A stretch of 64,000 nt of DNA from Minisyncoccia bacterium (GTDB lineage: Bacteria; Patescibacteriota; Minisyncoccia; Phycocordibacterales; PALSA-1337). Of this stretch, positions 25,034-34,672 are shown in pieces (the stretch's first letter is position 1; every line of letters starts with the position of its first letter). The stretch spans positions 312,241-376,240 of the forward strand of contig JBEKVT010000001.1 in the NCBI GenBank assembly GCA_049997795.1. The letters run 5' to 3'. Under the pieces are notes generated by a model, which ran no database searches, was not told where the DNA came from, and worked only from the letters and a program-made list of their open reading frames with translations. The position numbers and the translations under genes were made by a program.

Positions 25034-26917
25034 ATGGACGACGACAAGATCACATATTTCGCCGAAACCGACGCCCGGAACAAGCGGGTGAAATTCGGCA
25101 TCAAGGCCAAAGACCGCACTCGCCATGTCTATGTCCTGGGGAAGACCGGCATGGGCAAATCCACCCTGCTCGAGAATATGGCCGTCCAGGACATCAAGAG
25201 CGGGGAAGGCATATGCTTCATAGACCCGCACGGCAAGACGGCCGATCTCCTCATGGAATACGTGCCGAAGGAGCGTGTGAACGACGTCATATACATCGCT
25301 CCGTTCGACACCGAATATCCCATCTCATTCAACGTGCTCGAGAGCGTGGATCAGGACAAGCGGCACCTGGTCGTCTCGGGCTTGATGAGCACTTTCAAGA
25401 AGATCTGGGAGGACGCCTGGTCGGCCCGGATGGAATACATCCTGACCAACACCCTTTTGGCCCTCCTTGAAGCGCCCGGCTCGACCCTTTTGGGCGTTAA
25501 CCGCATGCTCTCCGACAAGGATTACCGCCGGGAGATCGTCTCCCACATCAAGGATCCGTCGGTCAAAGCCTTCTGGACCAAGGAATTCGCCAGCTACACC
25601 GAGCGCATGGCCGCCGAAGCGGTGCCGGCCATCCAGAACAAAGTCGGCCAGTTCACGGCAAACCCCCTGATCAGGAACATGATCGGCCAGCCCCATTCCT
25701 CTTTCGATTTCCGCGAGGCCATGGACAGGCGCAAGATCATCCTCATCAACCTTTCGAAGGGCAAGATCGGCGACGAGAACATGAAGCTTCTGGGAGGCCT
25801 TCTGGTCACCAAGATATATCTTGCCGCCATGTCGAGGTCCGACGTCCACGACAGGGCCATGAAGCTCCTGCCGAATTTCTACCTCTTCGTGGACGAATTC
25901 CAGAACTTCGCCAACGCCTCCTTCGCCGACATCCTCTCCGAGGCCCGAAAATACAAGCTCAATCTGACCATCGCTCACCAGTACGTCGAGCAGATGGACG
26001 AATTGGTGCGTCCAGCCGTCTTCGGCAACGTCGGCACCATGATCATCTTCCGGGTCGGCGCCACGGACGCCGAAGCCCTGGAGAACGAATTCACGCCGCA
26101 ATTCACCATAGAAGATCTGGTCAACCTCGGCTTCGCCCAGATATACCTGAAGCTCATGATCGACGGCCTGACTTCGCCGCCGTTCTCGGCCGTGACTCTG
26201 CCGCCCATCCCGCACCCTGACAGCTCTTACGTCCAGGAGATCATCGCCGCCTCGCGCAAACAGTTCTCCAGGCCTCGTGCTGATGTAGAAGCGGAAGTCA
26301 TCAAGTTCCACGAGCCGATTCCCAAGCCGCCGCCCGCGGCCGTAACGGCAACAGCGAAGCCTTCCTCCACAGCTAAGACTCCCTCGCCGAAGACTCCGGC
26401 GGCCGCCCAACCTATGCCGCCCAAACAGCCGGCACCAGCGCCGACCCATAAGCCTTTCGCCGTTTTGAAGCAGGTAGTCGTGCCGACGCCCTCGGCCGCG
26501 AAGCCGTCAGCCCAACCGGTCTCACCAGCATCGTCGGCATCGACGCCGGTACCGCAAGCGTCAACACCAGTCCCCGTTCAACCCGCGCCCGCTCCGGTCA
26601 AACCAGTTCCATTGTCCTTTCTCGCCCCGAAGCCCGCTCCGCGCGTCGATCCGAAGGTCCCGGTCAAGAAGAATGTCGATGATCTCCGGAGCGCTCTCTC
26701 GGCCGCCTTAGGCGGCAAGCTCCCGACTCCCGTTCCGGCGCAGGAACCCTTGAGGGAGACGTCTCTCGCCAAACCCATCGAAAAAACGCAACCAGCGCGA
26801 CCGCCCCAAGAAACCGCCTCAGCCGAGCCTGCCGCCCCGAAACGGGAAGCGCCGAAAGGGCCGCCCAAAGAGGTCCCGGAAGAGATCTTGAAGAAGCTCC
26901 TCAAGATGGAAGAATGA
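25034..26917 (+). CDS. VirD4/TraG/HerA-like P-loop ATPase with a Pro/Ala-rich C-terminal tail
   Basis: Walker A GKTGMGKS, IDPHG, Walker B LFVDEFQNF, EARKY and AHQY; about 190-aa low-complexity tail. Confidence 0.9.
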   Translation: MDDDKITYFAETDARNKRVKFGIKAKDRTRHVYVLGKTGMGKSTLLENMAVQDIKSGEGICFIDPHGKTADLLMEYVPKERVNDVIYIAPFDTEYPISFNVLESVDQDKRHLVVSGLMSTFKKIWEDAWSARMEYILTNTLLALLEAPGSTLLGVNRMLSDKDYRREIVSHIKDPSVKAFWTKEFASYTERMAAEAVPAIQNKVGQFTANPLIRNMIGQPHSSFDFREAMDRRKIILINLSKGKIGDENMKLLGGLLVTKIYLAAMSRSDVHDRAMKLLPNFYLFVDEFQNFANASFADILSEARKYKLNLTIAHQYVEQMDELVRPAVFGNVGTMIIFRVGATDAEALENEFTPQFTIEDLVNLGFAQIYLKLMIDGLTSPPFSAVTLPPIPHPDSSYVQEIIAASRKQFSRPRADVEAEVIKFHEPIPKPPPAAVTATAKPSSTAKTPSPKTPAAAQPMPPKQPAPAPTHKPFAVLKQVVVPTPSAAKPSAQPVSPASSASTPVPQASTPVPVQPAPAPVKPVPLSFLAPKPAPRVDPKVPVKKNVDDLRSALSAALGGKLPTPVPAQEPLRETSLAKPIEKTQPARPPQETASAEPAAPKREAPKGPPKEVPEEILKKLLKMEE

Positions 26918-26918
26918 C

Positions 26919-28082
26919 ATGGAGACATTGAAGTACGAAAACCTGAGGCAGCGCCGCATCCTCATATTCTCGCTCGTATACTATCCGAACATGATCGGCG
27001 GGGCGGAGGTGGCCGTCAAGGAGATCACCGACCGCATCTTCACCAGGAAGATCATCTTCGACATGATCACCTTGGGCGAAGGCCGGCAGATGACGGAAGA
27101 AGTTGTAGGCAACGTCAACGTCTTCCGCATCTTCAAGAAGATCGGCACTGTCCAAAAGATGCTCTTCCCGTTCGCCGCCTTCTATCTTGCGACCAAGCTC
27201 AACAGCGAGCGTCCCTATGATGCCGTCTGGTCCATCATGGCAAGCTACGCCGGCCTCTCCGGAGTCTTGTTCAAAAAGGCCCATAAGGACGTCCCGTTCA
27301 TCCTGACCGTCCAAGAAGGCGACCATTTCGAACGGCGCGAAGGGCTGTTCGGCCCGATGTTCCGGATGATCTTCAAGGCTGCCGACCGCATCCAGGCCAT
27401 CTCCGCATTCCTAGCGGATTGGTCGAAAAAGATGGGGGCCAAATGCCCGATCACGGTCATCCCGAACGGCGTCGATTACGAGGCCTTCTCGAAGCCCATC
27501 GACGAAGCGACCAGGCATAGGCTCCGGTCCGATGACGGCTTCGCCGACTCGGACAAGGTCATCCTGACGACGGGCCGCTTGGTCGACAAGAACGCCGTCG
27601 ATGACATCATCAAGTCCCTCCAATATCTGGACGGATCGTACAAGCTGGCCATCTATGGGGCAGGCGAGAACGAGACCGAGCTCCGGGACCTCGCCGCCGA
27701 GCTCCAGGTCTCCGAGCGCGTCTTCTTCATGGGCTTCGTGCCGCACTCGGCTCTTCCCGACTGCCTTAAGGCCGCCGACGTCTTCGTCAGGCCCTCCCGC
27801 ACCGAGGGCCTCGGCAACTCTTTCCTCGAGGCCATGGCCGCCGGCACTCCCGTCGTCGGCACGCCCGTGGGCGGCATCCCGGATTTCTTGACTGACGGCG
27901 AGACCGGCCTCCTTTGCGAAGCCGACAACCCGAGATCGATAGCCCAAAAGATCGAGAAGTTCGTCAAAGACGGCGAGTCCCGCGGATACATCGTGAGGAA
28001 AGCGCGGGAGATGGTGGCCGAAAGATACCGATGGGAAGGCATCGCCGCCAGGATGGAAGCCATCCTCGAAATGCGCGGCTAG
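26919..28082 (+). CDS. Glycosyltransferase family 4
   Basis: GGAE, IPNGVD, GRL..K and EGLGNSFLEAMAAG. Confidence 0.93.
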   Translation: METLKYENLRQRRILIFSLVYYPNMIGGAEVAVKEITDRIFTRKIIFDMITLGEGRQMTEEVVGNVNVFRIFKKIGTVQKMLFPFAAFYLATKLNSERPYDAVWSIMASYAGLSGVLFKKAHKDVPFILTVQEGDHFERREGLFGPMFRMIFKAADRIQAISAFLADWSKKMGAKCPITVIPNGVDYEAFSKPIDEATRHRLRSDDGFADSDKVILTTGRLVDKNAVDDIIKSLQYLDGSYKLAIYGAGENETELRDLAAELQVSERVFFMGFVPHSALPDCLKAADVFVRPSRTEGLGNSFLEAMAAGTPVVGTPVGGIPDFLTDGETGLLCEADNPRSIAQKIEKFVKDGESRGYIVRKAREMVAERYRWEGIAARMEAILEMRG

Positions 28083-28105
28083 CGGAATGTGGTAGACTCT
28101 CTTCC

Positions 28106-29149
28106 ATGAGGATCCTAATCGCCTCCGGCATATACCCGCCAGACATCGGCGGATCCGCCCAATACGCTTATAACCTATATGAGACCTGGAAACGGCAGGG
28201 CCACCAGGTCAAGGTCGCCGCATACCGCTGGGAGAGGGCCGTGCCGTCGCCCTTGAGCAATCTCCTCTATCTCACCAAGGTCCTGAGGAAGGCCTGGCGG
28301 GCCGACCTTGTGCTCGTCCTAGACACATGGAGCGCCGCGGTGCCGGCCATGATGGCCTGTGCCATCCTGAGGAAAAGATATATCCTCCGGACCGGCGGCG
28401 ACAGGCTGTGGGAGGCATACGCGGAACGGACCGGCGAACCGGTCCTATTCAAGGATTTTTACGCCTCGAAGATCGACCCGGCGCTCAGCCGATTGTCATC
28501 CAAGGAAAGGATGATATGGAAATACGGCGGCATGGCCTTGCGCAAGGCGGCTGCCGTCATCTTCAGCACCGAGTGGCAGAGGCAGACTTTCGAGAAGGCC
28601 TACGGCCTCTCTCCCAAGAAGACATCCATCGTCGAGAATTTCTACGGCCGGAAAGAGAAGCCTTCGGAACCGGCCGGCCGGGCCTTCGTCTCCGGCGCGC
28701 GCGAGATCAAGTTGAAGAACGCCGATCGGCTGAAGAGCGCTTTCAAGACGGCCAGGGCCGAAGCCGCGAGGAAGGGCTTCGCCGACATCGACCTCGATAC
28801 CGGCAAGGCCGTATACGATAATTTCGTCGAGAAGATACGCCGGGCTTACGCGGTCGTCGTGCCGTCGCTCTCGGAGATGAGCCCGAACATGGCGCTGGAC
28901 GCTATCCGCACCGGCACCCCATTCATCCTGACCAAGGAGACCGGCATCGCCGATAGGGTCAAGGATGTCGCCGTCTTCATCGATCCCTTGGATGAGCGCG
29001 ACATAGCGGACAAGATCCTCTGGATGGCCGATCCCCTCAATCGGGCGGCGCAAGCCGAGAAGATCGAGCGCTTCTCCTTCGAGCATTCCTGGGAGGAGAT
29101 CGCGAGGGAGATAATCAAAGTCGCCAAGAGGACTGCCTATAGATCATGA
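28106..29149 (+). CDS. Glycosyltransferase family 4
   Basis: MRILIASGIYPPDIGG and PSLSEMSPNMALDA. Start ATG 28106 has TGGTAGACT 7 nt upstream. Confidence 0.88.
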   Translation: MRILIASGIYPPDIGGSAQYAYNLYETWKRQGHQVKVAAYRWERAVPSPLSNLLYLTKVLRKAWRADLVLVLDTWSAAVPAMMACAILRKRYILRTGGDRLWEAYAERTGEPVLFKDFYASKIDPALSRLSSKERMIWKYGGMALRKAAAVIFSTEWQRQTFEKAYGLSPKKTSIVENFYGRKEKPSEPAGRAFVSGAREIKLKNADRLKSAFKTARAEAARKGFADIDLDTGKAVYDNFVEKIRRAYAVVVPSLSEMSPNMALDAIRTGTPFILTKETGIADRVKDVAVFIDPLDERDIADKILWMADPLNRAAQAEKIERFSFEHSWEEIAREIIKVAKRTAYRS

Positions 29150-30168
29150 CGGACGCCGCGGACCAAAGGCCGAGAAGGCTCCTTTCGATCGGCACCGACC
29201 GGTCGATATTCGAGGAAGGCAGCGCCGTCCGCCTGAGGCAGATCGAATACGCCAAGAAGTGGGACGAGGTCCATATCGTCGTCTTCGCCGGCCGGGACTT
29301 CACGGAACAGCAGATCTCTGCGGATTGCTTCATCTATCCGACGCGCTCCGGATCCAAGCCGCTCTATCCCTTAGGCGCCATGAAGCTCGGCCGCTCCATC
29401 ATAAGGAGCCGCGGCATCACGGACATAACCTGTCAGGACGCTTCGTTCACGGCCATGGCCGGCGCCTATCTTGCGAAACGGTTCGGCCTGCCGTTCGAGA
29501 TCCAGGTGCACGAGGACATCGGCAGCCCGCGCTACGCTTTCAATATGAAGAACAGGATCCGCAAGGCCCTGGCCGCGAGGTACGTGCGCAGGGCCGATAC
29601 GATCCGAGTCGTCTCCGAGCGCATCAAGAGATATCTCGTCGGGGCCCTGGGCGTCGAAGAGCGGAAGATAACGGTCAGGCCGATCGTTGTCGATACGGGC
29701 CTCATCAGGGCCGCGCCGGTCATCCCGTCGGCCGACCTCCGCAAGAAGTACCCGCAGTTCCAGAAGATCGTCCTCATGGCCTCGCGGCTGGAGCCTGAGA
29801 AGAATATTTTGCTTGCGATCGCTTCATGGCCGGAAGTCATGAAGCGCTTCCCGGGAGCGGGCTTGGTGATCGTCGGCAGGGGAAGCGAGCGGCCGGAGCT
29901 CGAGGCCGCCGTCTCTAGGTCCGACCTCGCCCTTGCGATCGTCTTCGAGGACTGGGCCGACAAGGCGACGCTCTACTCGTACTACAAGACCGCCGACCTC
30001 TTCCTGAACACTTCCATCTTCGAGGGCTACGGCATGGCTTTGGTCGAAGCGCTTGCAGCCGGTTGCAAGGCCGTTTCGACCGACGTCGGCGCCGCCCGGG
30101 AATCCGGAGCGATCATGACCGAACCGGACCCCCAAGATGTTGCTAAAACGCTAATCAGAGCGTTATAA
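29146..30168 (+). CDS. Glycosyltransferase family 4
   Basis: SRLEPEKN and EGYGMALVEA. Confidence 0.9.
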   Translation: MTDAADQRPRRLLSIGTDRSIFEEGSAVRLRQIEYAKKWDEVHIVVFAGRDFTEQQISADCFIYPTRSGSKPLYPLGAMKLGRSIIRSRGITDITCQDASFTAMAGAYLAKRFGLPFEIQVHEDIGSPRYAFNMKNRIRKALAARYVRRADTIRVVSERIKRYLVGALGVEERKITVRPIVVDTGLIRAAPVIPSADLRKKYPQFQKIVLMASRLEPEKNILLAIASWPEVMKRFPGAGLVIVGRGSERPELEAAVSRSDLALAIVFEDWADKATLYSYYKTADLFLNTSIFEGYGMALVEALAAGCKAVSTDVGAARESGAIMTEPDPQDVAKTLIRAL

Positions 30169-30177
30169 TGCCCGACT

Positions 30178-31062
30178 ATGAAAAAACCCGGAAAATCGGG
30201 AAAACCGCTCATCGGCTTCATCGGCCAGGGCTGGGTAGGCAGGAGCTATGCCGATGATTTCGAGGCTCGCGGCCACGCCATAGTGCGCTACGGCCTGGAA
30301 GCGCCTCACAAGGATAATAAGGCGAAGATCGCCCTCTGTGACATCGTCTTCATCGCCGTACCGACCCCGACCACGCCGCAAGGCTTCGATGACAGCGCCA
30401 TCCGCGCCGTCCTGCCGCTAGTCGGGAAAGGCAGGATCGCCGTCATCAAATCGACCCTGGTCATGGGCCGGACCAAGCTGCTCCAGAAGGCTCACCCCGA
30501 CATACTCCTCCTCCATTCCCCCGAATTCCTGAGCGAATCGACGGCCGCCCATGACGCCGCCAATCCCCACAGGAACATCATCGGCATACCGCGAAAGACG
30601 GAAGCCCACAGGAAGGCGGCGGAGATCGTCCTTGCCGTCCTGCCCAAGTCTCCCTATGAGATGATATGCTCTTCCGACGAAGCCGAATTCATCAAATACT
30701 CGCATAACGTGCACGGCTACATCCAGGTTGTCTTTTCGAACATCCTCTATGACCTGGCTAAGCCGTTCGGCCTCGACTGGGAAACGCTTTCCGAGGCCAT
30801 CAAGGCCGACCCGATGATGTCGCACCACCGGTATATGAATCCGGTCCACAAGAAGGGCCGAGGCGCCGGCGGCCACTGCTTCATCAAGGACTTCGAAGCC
30901 TTCGTCGCCCTGACGCGCGCCGCCCTGCCTGACAAGAAGACCATCGCCATGCTCGAAGCCATCCGCGACAAGAATATCGATCTTTTGCTCGGCTCCGGCA
31001 AGGATGTCGACCTCCTGGAAGGCGTCTACGGCAAGGCCGTCACGGCCCGTCGCCTTAAATAA
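30178..31062 (+). CDS. UDP-glucose/GDP-mannose dehydrogenase family protein, short form without the C-terminal domain
   Basis: GQGWVG, AVPTP, KST, PEFL and catalytic GGHCFIKD. Confidence 0.88.
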   Translation: MKKPGKSGKPLIGFIGQGWVGRSYADDFEARGHAIVRYGLEAPHKDNKAKIALCDIVFIAVPTPTTPQGFDDSAIRAVLPLVGKGRIAVIKSTLVMGRTKLLQKAHPDILLLHSPEFLSESTAAHDAANPHRNIIGIPRKTEAHRKAAEIVLAVLPKSPYEMICSSDEAEFIKYSHNVHGYIQVVFSNILYDLAKPFGLDWETLSEAIKADPMMSHHRYMNPVHKKGRGAGGHCFIKDFEAFVALTRAALPDKKTIAMLEAIRDKNIDLLLGSGKDVDLLEGVYGKAVTARRLK

Positions 31063-31065
31063 GCC

Positions 31066-31512
31066 ATGCCGGGCCGGTTCGCCATAACTTATTCCGCCCT
31101 CGACGAACGCTACCCGGCCCAGATGAGATTCCTGCGCTTCCTCATATCGGGAGGCACGGCCGCCGTCGTCGATCTCCTCTTCCTGTATGTCCTCACGGAC
31201 GGCATCCATATGTGGTATCTGCTCTCGAGCGTCCTGGCCTTCCTGGCGGCCTTCTCGGTGAGCTTCACTCTGCAGAAGCGCTGGACCTTCCGCGACCGCT
31301 CGAACGACCGCCTGCATGTCCAAGCTCCGGTCTACTTCGCCATAACGGCCGTCAACCTCGGCCTCAACACCCTGCTCATGTACGCCTTCGTCCATTACTT
31401 CGGGATCCAGTATATGGTCTCGCAGATCATAGTCGGAGCCCTGATCGCCGTCGAGAGCTATTTCGCCTATAAGATGCTCGTGTTCAGGGCCCCGTCGCTA
31501 CCGCCGTCATGA
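31066..31512 (+). CDS. GtrA family flippase-like protein
   Basis: RFLISGG, SF.LQKRWTF and four TM segments. Confidence 0.9.
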   Translation: MPGRFAITYSALDERYPAQMRFLRFLISGGTAAVVDLLFLYVLTDGIHMWYLLSSVLAFLAAFSVSFTLQKRWTFRDRSNDRLHVQAPVYFAITAVNLGLNTLLMYAFVHYFGIQYMVSQIIVGALIAVESYFAYKMLVFRAPSLPPS

Positions 31513-32561
31513 AGATACTCATAGTCACCCAAAAGATCGACAAGAATGACGGCTATTTCGGCTTTTTCCATGACTGGCTCATAGAGTTCGCCAAAAGATG
31601 CGAGCGGGTGACAGCGATAGGCCTAGAAGTCGGCGCCTACGATCTGCCGGGAAACGTCAAAGTCTATTCGCTCGGCAAGGAAGCCGGCCGGTCGCGTTTG
31701 AAATACGCCTATCGTCTCCTGGCTTATTCGTGGCGAGAGAGGAAAGATTACGACGCGGTCTTCGTGCATATGAACCCGCCTTACCTCATCGTCGGCGGCT
31801 GGCTCTGGAGGCTGCTCGGCAAGAAGATCGGCTTTTGGTACTTGCACCGCAACGTCGACCTGAAGCTCCGTATCGCCGCCGTCCTGGCCGACGATATCTT
31901 CTCGGCCGCGCCCGAGAGCTTCCGCCTGAAGAGCAAGAAGATCCATTTCATGGGCCAGGCCGTGCCGCTTCCAAGATACGCCAGGCCGGCCGGATTCAAA
32001 AGATCGTCCGGAGAGCCGTTCACGATCGTCTCGGTCGGGCGCATCACGCCCATCAAGAATCTCGATACGCTCATCGAGGCCGCGTCTATTTTGAGAGGCC
32101 GGGGCGTGGCCGTACGCGTCGATCTCGTCGGCGAACCGGTGACGCCGGCCGACCAGGAATATAAGGAGGGATTGGTCGAGCTCATAGATAAGAAAAGCCT
32201 CGGCCCGACCATGAATTTTGTCGGCAGCGTGCCGAACAAGGACATCCCATCCTGGTATTGGAAGAGCGACTTGTCGGTCAATCTCTGCCCGACGGGCGGG
32301 CTCGACAAGGCGGTGCTCGAGTCCATGGCCGCCGGCACGCCTGTCATGGCGTCGAACGAAGCTTTCAGGGAATACTTCGGCGGATATGGAGGCCGGATGA
32401 TGTTCAAGGAACGCGACCCGGCCGACCTGGTCGCCAAGCTGGAAGCCTTCATGAGAGCCGGCGACAAAGCCGCCATCGCGTCCAAACTGCTCGCGGAAGC
32501 CCAAAAAAGGTCCAGCCTCTCGGCGCTCGTAGGGAAGATAGTGGAGATATTAGGCAAATGA
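31509..32561 (+). CDS. Glycosyltransferase family 4
   Basis: VGRITPIKN and GGLDKAVLESMAAG. Confidence 0.9.
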   Translation: MKILIVTQKIDKNDGYFGFFHDWLIEFAKRCERVTAIGLEVGAYDLPGNVKVYSLGKEAGRSRLKYAYRLLAYSWRERKDYDAVFVHMNPPYLIVGGWLWRLLGKKIGFWYLHRNVDLKLRIAAVLADDIFSAAPESFRLKSKKIHFMGQAVPLPRYARPAGFKRSSGEPFTIVSVGRITPIKNLDTLIEAASILRGRGVAVRVDLVGEPVTPADQEYKEGLVELIDKKSLGPTMNFVGSVPNKDIPSWYWKSDLSVNLCPTGGLDKAVLESMAAGTPVMASNEAFREYFGGYGGRMMFKERDPADLVAKLEAFMRAGDKAAIASKLLAEAQKRSSLSALVGKIVEILGK

Positions 32562-32640
32562 AGGCCAGCCGACTGGCGATCGCCGAGAATATCGTCCGCG
32601 TGCTCTCCGAGGCCTAACCTGCTACATTAATAGTGCGCTT

Positions 32641-33258
32641 ATGGCCCAAGTCGACAAGAAAAGCTATAGTCTTCGCGGTTATTCCCAGCCGGAGCGTTGG
32701 GTAAGCTACGGCTCCCAGCTCCGGACGGCCCTCGACCTCGAGCCCGAAAGCGTCCTGGAAGTCGGGGTCGGAGACAAGGTGTTCGGCAGCTATATAAAGA
32801 ACAATACAAATATCTCTTACAAGAGCGTCGACATCGCCCTCGATCTCGCTCCGGATATCGTAGGCGACGTCCTCAAGCTCCCGTGCGCCGACCGGTCATT
32901 CGACGTCGTCTGCGCCTTCGAGGTCCTGGAGCATGTGCCATTCGCCGATCTCGACCGGGCCTTGGGCGAGCTCGACCGGGTCTCGCGCCGCCATGCCGTC
33001 ATAAGCCTGCCGCATTTCGGGCCGCCGGTCCGATTCCTCCTCAAGCTGCCGTTCTTGCCTTACTTCCGTCTGGCTTTCAAGCTGCCGTATCCGAAGGAGC
33101 ATGCCTTCAACGGCCAGCACTACTGGGAGATGGGGAAGCGGGGCTATCCGGCACGGAAGGTGAGAGAGATCATCCGCCGCCATTTCCAGATCCGCCGGGA
33201 ATTCGTGCCGTTCGGGAGCCCGTACCATCATTTTTTCGTGCTCGATAAGAGATCATGA
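32641..33258 (+). CDS. Class I SAM-dependent methyltransferase
   Basis: VLEVGVG and FDVVCAFEVLEHVP. Confidence 0.9.
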   Translation: MAQVDKKSYSLRGYSQPERWVSYGSQLRTALDLEPESVLEVGVGDKVFGSYIKNNTNISYKSVDIALDLAPDIVGDVLKLPCADRSFDVVCAFEVLEHVPFADLDRALGELDRVSRRHAVISLPHFGPPVRFLLKLPFLPYFRLAFKLPYPKEHAFNGQHYWEMGKRGYPARKVREIIRRHFQIRREFVPFGSPYHHFFVLDKRS

Positions 33259-34025
33259 AGCGATTCATCAAAGACGGCCTGTTCACCCTGCTCAACGCCT
33301 TTTCCGGCGGCCTGGACGGCCGGGCCAGCATCCTCATGTACCATGCCGTGGCGAAAGACGACAGATTCTTCACTGTGGAGCCGGAGGCCTTCGAGCGACA
33401 GCTCTCATATCTCAAAAAGAACGGCCTCGAGATCGTGAAGCTCTCTCGGCTCTTGGACAAGATGGCGAAAGGACAAGCTGTCTCCCGCTCCGTCGTGCTC
33501 TCGTTCGACGACGGATATCGTGACAACTATGCGACCGTCTTCCCGCTCCTCAAGAAGTACGGCTTCCAGGCCACGATCTTCGTCGTGACCGGCTCTTTGG
33601 GCAAGAAGCCCGGGATGATGTCCGAATCCCAGATCCGCGAGATGCAGACGAGCGGTCTGGTCGAATTCATGCCGCATAGCAGGAGCCATCACGATCTCGA
33701 CCGTCTGCCTTTGGCCGAAGCGGCCCGCGAGATCGAGGCGTCCAGAGACGATCTGGAGATGCTTTTGGGCGGCCCGGCCGATATCTTTGCTTATCCCCGC
33801 GGGCGCTTCACGCCGGAGCTGGAACAGTATCTCCGATCCCATTCCTTCCGCGCGGCCGTGACCGTGGAAGAAGGGCTGGTGACCCTGAAGACGGATCCTT
33901 TCCGTCTGCCGAGGAATTCTATCGACAGCACTACCACCGATATACAATTCAGAGGCAAGGTCTCCGGCGCTATCTCGCTGTATGTCCGCTTCAAGGCCTT
34001 TTTCAAACCAAAGCGCCATGTCTGA
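33255..34025 (+). CDS. Polysaccharide deacetylase (CE4)
   Basis: ILMYH, SFDDGY, HSRSH and FAYPRG. Confidence 0.92.
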   Translation: MKRFIKDGLFTLLNAFSGGLDGRASILMYHAVAKDDRFFTVEPEAFERQLSYLKKNGLEIVKLSRLLDKMAKGQAVSRSVVLSFDDGYRDNYATVFPLLKKYGFQATIFVVTGSLGKKPGMMSESQIREMQTSGLVEFMPHSRSHHDLDRLPLAEAAREIEASRDDLEMLLGGPADIFAYPRGRFTPELEQYLRSHSFRAAVTVEEGLVTLKTDPFRLPRNSIDSTTTDIQFRGKVSGAISLYVRFKAFFKPKRHV

Positions 34026-34656
34026 TTTCATCCGACAGGTATTCGCAGGGAAGACGATCGGGCGCATCCTCTTCAACCGGCAGGCGGCCCTCCGGTGCAA
34101 GGATTTGAAGGGCGAGGTCCTCGATGCCGCCGGAGGCGGCGGGGGAAGCTATCTCCGCTATATCCCGAATGATGCGGCCGTGACCCGCGTCGACGCCAAG
34201 GGTGGCCCGGGCGTCGACAAGGTCATAGATCTCAACAAGAAGCTGCCTTTCGTCGACCGCTCGTTCGATGCCATCCTATTTTTCAATGCCATCTATATCA
34301 TTCGCGATCGCAAACAGCTTTTTCAGGAATTCAGGCGCATCCTCAAAGATGCCGGTGCTTTGTTCCTCTCTTCGTCCTTCATATATAATGAGATGCCCGA
34401 GCCCCACGATTACTGCCGTTTGACCAAAGAAGGCCTGGAGGAAGAGCTCCACAGCGCGGGCTTCGCCGATGTAAGCGTATGGCGCTACGGCGAGCGCTTC
34501 ACCGCCGCGGCCTCTCTCTTGTCTCCGTTCTTTGTTTTCAATACTATCCGTTTGTTCGCCTATTCTTTGGCCGTCTTGGCCGACCGCTGCATACCCGGGT
34601 CTCTCAAAGAAAGGCATCCCGCTCCGCTCGGATACTTCTCGATAGCCCGCAAATGA
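34018..34656 (+). CDS. Class I SAM-dependent methyltransferase
   Basis: VLDAAGG, LPF...FD, RILK..G and PHDY.R. Confidence 0.85.
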   Translation: MSDFIRQVFAGKTIGRILFNRQAALRCKDLKGEVLDAAGGGGGSYLRYIPNDAAVTRVDAKGGPGVDKVIDLNKKLPFVDRSFDAILFFNAIYIIRDRKQLFQEFRRILKDAGALFLSSSFIYNEMPEPHDYCRLTKEGLEEELHSAGFADVSVWRYGERFTAAASLLSPFFVFNTIRLFAYSLAVLADRCIPGSLKERHPAPLGYFSIARK

Positions 34657-34672
34657 CCAGCCATCCGATCGC

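Noticed and set aside
26310-26880. Tandem DNA repeat in the ATPase 3' region
   Set aside because: It is only low-complexity Pro/Ala/Lys coding sequence with no discrete repeat unit.
25034-26917. Conjugative element
   Set aside because: No relaxase, VirB or oriT features; stand-alone ATPases of this type are common chromosomal genes in CPR.
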